From Chlorokybus atmophyticus (Eukaryota; Plantae; Mesostigma and Chlorokybus algae), in assembly GCA_009103225.1 (NCBI GenBank), contig RHPI01003124.1, positions 311,757 to 375,756 on the forward strand: a stretch of DNA of 64,000 bases, given 5' to 3'. Below, piece after piece: positions 54,830 through 64,000 of the stretch; position 1 is the stretch's first letter, and each line of letters opens with the position of its first letter. The translations under genes and the position numbers were made by a program. The notes below the pieces were generated by a model. That model saw only the letters and a program-made list of their open reading frames with translations, searched no databases and was not told the origin of the DNA.

Positions 54830-57800
54830 TCCGTTTTTGAGGGGGGACACAAATGAAGGGGTGTTTATTAAGAACGTGTGGCAGAGTTGCAGTCTGTACT
54901 AGCTAGTAGCTAATACAGCCAACAATGCATTTTAAGAGGCTAGGGGGACTAGGTTATACAGATGAATACATATGGAAACAAAAACAGTAAAGCGTGGCAA
55001 AATTGCAAATCCAAGGAGAATGAGGGGAAGAACTGAGTGTCGGATGGGGGGGAAACGGGGGAATGTCCAGTGCTGGAGAAGGGGTGGGAGGAGGAGGGAA
55101 CGGTAGTCAGTGCACCGTGGGGCGATAGGGGTGCTAGGTGGGACAGCACAAAGCGTTGTGGCCCCAGCTGGCCTGGAAGCGCCTAAAGAGCAGAAGTTTC
55201 TTGTCTTTAAACGAGACAGTGGCCAGCATCCGGTGCCGGTCACCCTTAGCTATCCGTAGAACTGAGTGACAGCAACGATGCACTGTGAGGGGGTCATTGT
55301 GGTGTGGTCAAAGACTGCTCGGTTGCGGCTGAGTCAATTGTGCCACAGAACCAGGGGGACAAGTTGGGAGTGGAGAGTGGTAGCGGCGACGAGGTGAGCG
55401 GGGCGTGGAGAAGGAGGAGCGAGCGTAGGGAGATCTTTAGTGGGGGGAAAGAAAGCGCGACCAAACCAAACCAAACTATCTCCACATTGTCTTGTTGAAC
55501 TGGCAATCTGTGACGAGGTGGGATGCGGATTCAAGCACCAATTGTGTGCACACGGAGCAGTTGCCAGCTGCCCTATCAAAGCGTAGCAGCCTGTTCCTTG
55601 TGTACATCGACTGATGGGTTAACAACCACATGAAAGAGCGGATGGCTCCCTGCAGCGGTGAAGAATGGAGCCTCCTCCACACCATCGGCCAGCAGACTTT
55701 TTGCTTGTCCTCCTGGGTTCATTGCAGTGCGGGGATGCCGGGAGAGTGCCTTGAAGCGATGATGGCGTAGCCGAGGCGTGCTCCGTAGTCCCGAATGGAT
55801 TTGACTGTGGGAAGGGGGGGGGGAGGGTAAGGTCCACTCCGTCACTTCGGGTCGAAGTGCAAGATGCTGAGCGGGGCGCAGCCTACCACCTTCCCGTCTA
55901 TAGAAAGCAGATCCGGGGGCGGATCCACAAGTGGGGCTGGGTTGAGGCGTATTGGGAAGAGAGCGCCAACGTCGTGGGGGTGGGAGCACGCGCAGGCGAA
56001 CCAGATAGTTGTTGAGGCAGAAGAGGGCATCTTATTGGGAGGGTGCATGGAGATGGTGAGGAGAGAGTATCGGCTTCATTTCCTGGCAATTGAAAGGAGA
56101 TGCCCATGCCGCGCTGGTGAAGGGTGTGCTCAACATAGACAGCTTGGAGGATGCATGGGAGGGGTCAGAAACTCCCCACCATCTCGGGTGGGGGGAGCCC
56201 ACTTCCTCAAAGAGGAGCTGGCGCCATGCCGGTGGGATGTAGCTAATCAGAAGTTGAAGTTAAGATTGTGCTTGTTAAAGGGAGGAGTTCGGGAGCCACC
56301 GGTGCACATTCTCTGATGAATGGAATTGACGCCGGATGGGGCTCTAAATGTCGCGGATTGTAAGGAACTCCGTCGTCGCCCGTTGTGCACGTGAGGAACT
56401 AGTGGAGCCCAGCACCACATCCTGCTCAGCCATAATGCTGGGAATAAGAAAGAGGGGTTGATGGAAAACTGCATTGTAGGAGTCCGGCCCAAGGGGTTGA
56501 GGGGGGCGGACTGCCATCCAAGACTGGAAGATGTGTCTCCAGTGCGTTGGTAGGTGCTTGGCTGATAGCCGCAAGGCTGCTATGAGGGTTGCGCCGCTTG
56601 GCAACCAGCTCTTGAAGCAACTGACTCGCAGCCTAACTTATCCAGGTGTGAGTGGCCGAGAACCTTCCAGGCTGCCCACGAGCGGTCGGGCAGTCGACCC
56701 TTCTAGCGAAGTGCGCCACTTCTCCTACTTCACTATAAGGGCTGTGGTCTGCCACCCGGGGTCATGGATACCAAGGCCCCTTGTGAACGTTGGCAAACCG
56801 TTGGCCAATTGACCAGGCCTCCAGCTCCGCCTGTACGCTTCCATAGGAATGCACGGATGGTAGTGGTGATGGTGGAGAGAGAGCTGGGGGGAGGGGACAC
56901 CACCGCAGCAAGGTGCCACATGCAGCTGCACCGCATGTGAGAACACCAAGGCTCGTCCCATCATCGAGAGGTGAAGTCTGGACCAGTCCCGCAGTTTGGA
57001 CTGCATGGTGGAGATCACCTGCTCGAATAACTGCTCTTGGTGGAGACTGATGCCCAGGGGCACGCCCAGCACCTTGACGACTTCACGAGGGGGAAGCCAT
57101 TGGAAGCCCCAGTCTAGTAGAGGGGAGGAAGTGGGGCCGAGAAGGATGCCTACCGTTTTCTCTATGTTCAGTTGGGAGTCAAAGGCCTCGCAATACGCAG
57201 AAAGGCCCTCCGTAAGTTTTCAGAAAGGATGAGGTGTTAAGCTCTCTATAAACTTCTGTGTCATTTGCGTAGCCTGTGTAGCGGAGCTCGACATCATGTG
57301 CGGGACCTCCTTCGGGGTTGGGGAGGTGAAGGCCTCGGATGGAGAGGACCATATGAGAGCACTCAGGGCTTCTGTGGCAAGAATGAATAGAGAGAGGGCG
57401 AGGGGGCATCCTTGCCTTACGCTACGTTAAAGTGTGAAAGGGCGAGAGATGAAGCCATTGATGTTGACTCGACTTTGCCCCCCGCCATTGAGGGTGTGTA
57501 TCCAAGAGCAGAACAGAGGAGGAAGTCGTTGTAGTTTCTGGGCGAGGAATGACCAGTCCATCCTGTCGAATGCCTTCTCAAAGTCCAGGAGAAGGAGCGC
57601 AGCCGGTTGCAAGGTTTGCTTCGCGTGGGTTGTCGCATCCAAGGCAATGAGAACATTGTGTAGGATGTACCTATGCGGAACGAAGCCAACCTGAGCAGGG
57701 TGGATGCAGTAGGGGCGGAGAGGACGGATACGGTTTGCAATGGCCTTGGCAAGGATCTTGTAGTGCAGCCTGAGAAGAGTGATAGGTCTCCAATTCTCCA

Positions 57801-57995
57801 AGTTGACTCTGTCTCCTGTTTTGAATATAAGCACAACCACCCCCTCGCGTTGCGAATAATCCAACTTTTTAGAGTATAGCACGTGCTTACAAAAGCGAAG
57901 GTAAGCCACCCCTAACATTGGCCAAAGCGGCCAGAAGGGGGCTGAGAGTCCGTCCTTCCCTAGTCCTCTGGCCTGCCCCTCTGCCCTGCCCTTCC
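54830..57995 (-). mobile_element. L1-clade (Tx1-like) LINE, 5'-truncated and degenerate
   Basis: NWRPITLL...YKILAK; LLDFEKAFDR; RQGCPLAPLLF; YANDT (decayed YADD); C-terminal CSVC...ESASHLVTDC; AATAAA on the minus strand at 54864-54869; stops and frameshifts. Confidence 0.9.
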
Positions 57996-58569
57996 CCTCA
58001 CGCAATGACTGTTATGTCCAACAATTGCAGATGCTGTGCTGCATCAGTGTCGTCGCTGGCATTTGGGTGCTGCCGGTGGGGTTGAGTGGTGGGGTTGATG
58101 TGGGTATCTTCGTTGTGCGGGCACTGAGTCACCACAATACCATACTCCTTTTGTACACAGTGCGCTCCTCGCGCAGTTGTCATCGGTGGCGTGACAACTC
58201 CTTCAACACCATTTGGTATAGCTGCGCCGGGGGAGTGTACTACACTCCCTAGTAGTAGATGCATACATCATTTCGCAACATTCGCTGCCGCAACGTTGCC
58301 AGCATAAGAGGATGGCTGTTTTTGCATATCCCACAGCAGCTCCGTCATTGCACCAATCAAATGATACCGGTAACAGTAAGCACAACCCCACCACCCAACC
58401 CCACCATCTAACCCAACCAGCAGCACCTAACTGCCAGCGAGGACTGCGCATAGCACAACACGCAGTGCACAATCGCAGTGCCAGGGCAGAGGGGCCCTGC
58501 CCCTCGCACAGCTACGAGGGTTACAGCGTCACCGGCGGCGGGTGACAGCAGGGAGCGGGGAGGCGGATA

Positions 58570-59338
58570 TAGAGAGCGAGAGAGAGAGCGAGAGAGAGAG
58601 CGAGAGAGAGAGCGAGAGAGAGAGAGAGCGAGGGGGAGAGAGAGCGAGGGGGAGAGAGCGAGGGGGAGAGAGCGAGGGAGAGAGAGCGGGAGAGCGAGGG
58701 AGGGAGGGCGNNNNNNNNNNNNNNNNNNNNNNNNNNNNNNNNNNNNNNNNNNNNNNNNNNNNNNNNNNNNNNNNNNNNNNNNNNNNNNNNNNNNNNNNNN
58801 NNNNNNNNNNNNNNNNNNNNNNNNNNNNNNNNNNNNNNNNNNNNNNNNNNNNNNNNNNNNNNNNNNNNNNNNNNNNNNNNNNNNNNNNNNNNNNNNNNNN
58901 NNNNNNNNNNNNNNNNNNNNNNNNNNNNNNNNNNNNNNNNNNNNNNNNNNNNNNNNNNNNNNNNNNNNNNNNNNNNNNNNNNNNNNNNNNNNNNNNNNNN
59001 NNNNNNNNNNNNNNNNNNNNNNNNNNNNNNNNNNNNNNNNNNNNNNNNNNNNNNNNNNNNNNNNNNNNNNNNNNNNNNNNNNNNNNNNNNNNNNNNNNNN
59101 NNNNNNNNNNNNNNNNNNNNNNNNNNNNNNNNNNNNNNNNNNNNNNNNNNNNNNNNNNNNNNNNNNNNNNNNNNNNNNNNNNNNNNNNNNNNNNNNNNNN
59201 NNNNNNNNNNNNNNNNNNNNNNNNNNNNNNNNNNNNNNNNNNNNNNNNNNNNNNNNNNNNNNNNNNNNNNNNNNNNNNNNNNNNNNNNNNNNNNNNNNNN
59301 NNNNNNNNNNNNNNGAGAGAGAGAGCGAGAGAGAGAGC

Positions 59339-59370
<32 letters not shown>

Positions 59371-59410
59371 GGGAGAGAGAGGGAGAGAGAGGGGGAGAGA
59401 GAGGGAGAGA
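58570..59410. repeat. (GA)-rich microsatellite spanning an N gap (58711-59314)
   Basis: Directly visible. Confidence 0.95.
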
Positions 59411-60660
59411 GAGGGGGAGAGGGAGGGGTGCATTCACACTGCGTGTTGCTGCACAACCACCCCATTGCGCCGTGCATGCGAGTACTAATGCTGCTGCTAC
59501 TGTGCTGGACACAGGTAAATACAATTGCGTGCATGCATGTGTGTGTCACGGGGTTAGGGCAATAGTGAAGGTAGGTAGGTAGCAACCAACCCGGTGGTAA
59601 ATGTGAGTGCAATGGTGTTAATATGCGGTTTATGCATGTGGGTGACACGTTTAGCATAGGGCTCATGCATGCCACAATCCCTGCATCCCATATGTTGTAC
59701 ACCCCATGCCCTGGTTGGCGCCGCCGTCCCATGCCAGAGGCCAGCTCGCTCTGCTGTTTTGGTGAGCGGCTGGCTACCCTATGCTAAGGCATAGGGCGTG
59801 CATGTCGCCTTGAGTGTGGTGTAAAGTGCTAGTGGCAGTGTATAGATGCGTGGTTGGTGGTCTTGCATGAGTGTGGTGTGGTTAGGTGGGTGCTTGACTG
59901 GGAGCACCCTGCATGTGTAAGTGCTTGCATAGCCGTAGTTAGTGCCTATCCCCGTTGACCATACAGAGCATTGCATAGACGAGACAGGAATCATGTCATC
60001 ACCAAAGTTGATCTGGCAAGCCATACAAGCTCGGATGCTGGACGTGCATTTGCATTGGCAACTACCAGTGCTGCGACGCATACGCAACAAAGTGAAGCGC
60101 ACACTGCCTGTTCCTGTCCTCAATTCAAGACTATCACGTCATCCGCGTCATCTACTTGCTCAATGGTTCCAAAAATTGCTACGTGGGCATGACAGTCACT
60201 ACGGCATTCAAGCGCTTCCAAGGGCACTGGCGTGCTGCACGTCACGACAACGCTATATTGTTGGAGCTGACAATGCGTACCCTGCCTGTGGATGCATGGG
60301 GTGTTTCGCCATTGGAGTCCATACCCCCTTGGCCGAGAGAAAGCAATACAGCCTGGCACCACCGTGCTGCACAGAACGAGTGGCTCTGGACCCAACGCCT
60401 AAGGACGGCTGTGCCGCGCGGCTACAACGTAGACACGCCCTTATAGGCGTGCCAGACTGCCACACTGGCGGCGTCAACAACTGCGTCACCAAGTATAACC
60501 ACTGCACCATGAACAGCCTGGCAGAGTGATCGGCTACAGGGACTCTTTCCATCAAATCCAACGGCTAGCTGAACGTATGCAGACAGCTCAGTTTACCCTC
60601 GCCACCCTACTCAACTTCAAGCTGAGAAACTTACACAACATGGTAACGGTGCTGCAGCAA
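59411..60660 (+). mobile_element. Second copy of the Penelope-like element (5' leader and GIY-YIG), interrupted by a LINE; resumes at 63955-64000
   Basis: Near-identical to 40690-41930; 63955-64000 matches 42838-42885 (ccaagccgcagcaaaccccgaagctaccgcatctgtacatg). Confidence 0.92.
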
Positions 60661-63600
60661 TCCAGCACCCTCTCTCCAGCAATCCTCATCCAGCAATCCC
60701 AATCCAGAGAAATGTATTTAGAAGAAACATGCAAGAGTTGGTGGCGACAAAAGGGCTAGTACATGCTAATCAACAGAGAACACATCACGAACACTAGTAT
60801 CTAACGTGTGCCAGTGTATCTGAGGAAGAGGAGAAGCCCAAACTGTAGAGCGGAGGATAGAGTGGCGAGCCCACGAGTCCGTAAAGGCTGTGAAACGAGC
60901 AAGCTGAATGTCTTCCTGTGTCGAGGACGTGACTGGAAGCCACTCCTCCTTGGCCCGAACCTGAACACTGGAAACGAGAGAGCACACAATGACAGTCGAG
61001 GAGGGGGAGGAAACTGAGTACATCACCGAACACCTGGCCACCCAGATGTGCCAGAGAGTCAATGCGCTAAGAGTCGACCACACCGGACGGAGCTGTGTGT
61101 GAGAACTAGGAAACGAAGTGTGAAACAGGAGCTGGGAAAAGGAGAGGGGAAAAGGGGAGCCGCCAAGGCGTCTCCATAGAGCAGAGACCCAAGCCCAGAC
61201 TGCACGGACTAGCGAGCAGCGAAGGAAGAGGTGCTTGGGAGTTTCAAGACATTGCAGGGAGCATGACATACACTCCCCAAAAAAGTTCATCTTCGCGAGC
61301 CTGTCACCTGTGTGCAATGCACGGTGACATTAGCCATAAAAAAGAACGGTGCTTGGCCGCCAAGGTTGTCTTGTGCAACCGCGACCAGTGAGCTGGCCAC
61401 AATACAGGGTGTTGCTCAGCGTCCCATCGGCGCAATGCGGGCGCCTGATGTGCATGCGCTGCGCTGAGGAGGGTGTAGCCGAACTTGACCGTGTAATCCC
61501 ATAGTGAGAGGGGTTGCTGCGGGGAAGACGCCTGCATTCCCCATACAGACAACGCCGGGTCCATGTGGAGCATGTGCAAGGAGCTCCCCCCGCTACACGC
61601 CACCCCAGGTAGCGTTGAGTGTCGGGCAATGCCAACCATGTCGGGAGCTGATGGCGGGCTTGCCTCGCCAACGCACAGGCTCTGGCAGGACCCGGATGCG
61701 CTGCAACGTGGAGATGCCAGTCGTGAACGGGGAGGGAGGGGCGAGGATGTCTCCCTCATCACCGACAAGAGGAAAGCGCAAGCCGGTGCAGAGCTGGCCG
61801 TGTGTGGACTTTGCACGCAGTGCCGCACTGACCTTGTGATCAGGAGTGAGAAGGCCCCACCACTCTCCAACAGTAGGACACCCTTTCCCGCCGTGCAGCA
61901 GCAGGCGCCAGGCTGCCGGGAGGAGGTTCCACAGCTTGGCTGCGTGTTCTTCCGCCCTAGCATCCGAGGGCACCCATAGTGCAAGGGTAGAAGCTGGATA
62001 AGGCCGACGCAGAACACTATCCCACAGGGTTGCCACCGTAAGAAAGCCTGCCTCTGCCCAATGCCGTCAGTAGCGCCTACAAGGTTGAAAGCCACCCACC
62101 ACCTAGCCGAGCGCGTCCACAACGTGTGCATTGTGAAAGAGAGGCTGTCTCAAAACCTCATCAAAGTTTGTTGGTGACGGCGCAGCAGGGCGGACCTGCA
62201 TCCACGCCTGAAAGATGTTGCGCCAATGTACCGGAAGGTGCCGAATGGGCAGGCCGACAGCATACAGGGCCGCCCCTTTAGGTACCCAGCGTATCAAGCG
62301 AGAAAGGTCTGTCCGTGAGGGGAGGTGCTCAGTGCCCCACATGTCAACCTGATGAAAGCCCGGCACCTTCCATTCCGCCCATGTGGGGTCCATCAAGCGG
62401 GCAGCCCACTTGGCTAGTAAAGCCGTGGTTTGCCATGTCGGGTGCAGCACCCCTAGGCCCCCAAGCCGCTTGGGCAAGCAAACAGTGGGCCAGTTCACTT
62501 GCCCGCCTCTGGCACGCCGGGGTCATGCCGCCATATGTACCCCCTACAGTTGGCGGTTAGCTGTTTATAATCTGTCGCCGGGGGAGAGGCTATCGCTGCT
62601 AGATACCAGAGACATGACAGGACAGTCTGGTTGGCTGTAAGAGCCCGCCCCACCAAGGATAAGTGCTGGCGCGATCATAGCTCAAGCTTGCGCCGCATCT
62701 TGGCTATCACCTCGGTAAATAGCTGTTCCTGGTGGACAGAAATCCCCATGGGGACACCAAGAAGAGAGACCGCTTCCCCTGCTGACAGCCAATGCACCTC
62801 CCAGTCCGGGGGGGGGGGTATCCGAGGGAGGACCTAGAAGAATGCCTTTCAACTCCTTAGGTTGAGCTTGGACTCCGAGGCCAGGCCATACAGGTCCAGG
62901 ACTTTGCGAAGGGCGTGGAAGCTGCTCGAGGCGAGAGCAATGTAGACCTCCGTGTCGTCCACGTATCCTATGTACTTCAGCTCGTGGGCCTCGTCCTGCA
63001 GTTCATCCGAGTTTTGCAACCGTATGCCCTCAACCTCAGGGGTGATGCGGAGGAGAGCACCCAAACACTCAGTGGCAAGGATGAAAAGAGAGGGAGCCAA
63101 TGGACAGCCCTGTTGCACACTGCGGTGCAGAGCGAAGGGAGAAGACGTTGTGGCCGTTCACTAGCACCGAGCTCCAGCTCCCCCCATGCGTACCCATTGC
63201 CAAAGGAAAGGTTGGGCCAAAGCCCAAATGCGAGAGCGCGCCATCTAGAAAGTGCTAGACTAACCGGTCGAATGCCTTCTCAAAGTCTAGCAGGAGAAGG
63301 GCACCGTGCTGCCCTGTGTGTGCATCATGCTGCATAGCGTCCAGGGCCACTAGCACATTGTCCAGGATGTACCTGTGGCGCACAAAGCCTGCTTGCGACG
63401 GGTGGACTGCCGTAGGAAGCATAGGCGCCACGCGAACTGTTAGAGCTTTAGCCAGAATCTTGTAGTGGGTGGGTAGCAGCGTGATGGGCCGCAAGTTGCG
63501 AAGGTCAGACTGTTCTCCTTTCTTGTGCAACATGAGGATGATCCCCTCTCACTGACCTTCACCCAACTGCCCTTCCGCTAGAACGTGCTGACAGTAAAGA

Positions 63601-63954
63601 GAATAATCCTCCCCTAAGAGAGGCCATGCAGTCTGCCAGACCGTGGTGAGGCCGTCCTTGCCTGGGGCTTTGTGCGGGGCCATGCTCTGTAGTGCAGCGT
63701 GCAACTCGAGCAGCGTCAGCGGAGACTCCAAGACCTGAGCTTGCTGAGCGGAGACCTTCCTATCCAATGCCTGCCAACACTGTCGGGCTGCAGCTGCCTT
63801 TTTTGCTGGCGGGGAGGGCGAGGAGGTGTATAGCTTGTGGTAGAATGCTGAGACCTCGTCCAACATACCACTATTGCTGGTCACCGGTGTTGGCAACGGC
63901 TCATGGGCATGAGTGACAGAATGAAGCACGTGCGCCTGAGTGTGAGGACGGCCC
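60661..63954 (-). mobile_element. L1-clade LINE (different subfamily from 54830-57995) nested in the Penelope-like copy
   Basis: KAPGKDGL; NLRPITLLPTHYKILAK; LLDFEKAFDR; QQGCPLAPSLF; YVDDT; C-terminal CMSC...ETPKHLFLRC; in-frame stops. Confidence 0.9.
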
Positions 63955-64000
63955 CCAAGCCGCAGCAAACCCCGAAGCTACCGCATCTGTACATGTTGTT

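Overview
Eukaryotic, intron-rich genomic DNA (GT-AG introns full of CA/GT/GCAT repeats). Gene content and TE types suggest a green alga or streptophyte alga; the species cannot be determined from the sequence. I reconstructed nine spliced host genes by hand: a secreted helical protein with a Gly/Ala-rich hydrophobic hairpin (pore-forming-toxin/ApoL-like architecture), a CDCA7-like zf-4CXXC_R1 gene, a DUF5092-like membrane protein, an NTE/PNPLA6-like patatin phospholipase, EB1, a UBE3D/HECT_2-like gene, NDUFB7, GatB and a secreted Cys-patterned protein. Decayed duplicates are also present: an inverted CDCA7 pseudogene, a glucosidase II alpha pseudogene, and a rearranged UBE3D/NDUFB7 fragment. 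Mobile DNA includes two copies of an N-terminal GIY-YIG Penelope-like (Chlamys-type) retroelement sitting at GA/CT microsatellites, a Ty3/Gypsy remnant with extra unknown ORFs and a PHD-tipped integrase, two L1-clade LINEs, and a ~4 kb non-coding, hairpin-dense element with short inverted termini. Other structure includes several perfect ~40-bp palindromes, local inverted duplications, an interstitial (TTAGGG)4 tract and N gaps. I found no CRISPR, rRNA or tRNA. All family calls come from motif recognition, not database searches.
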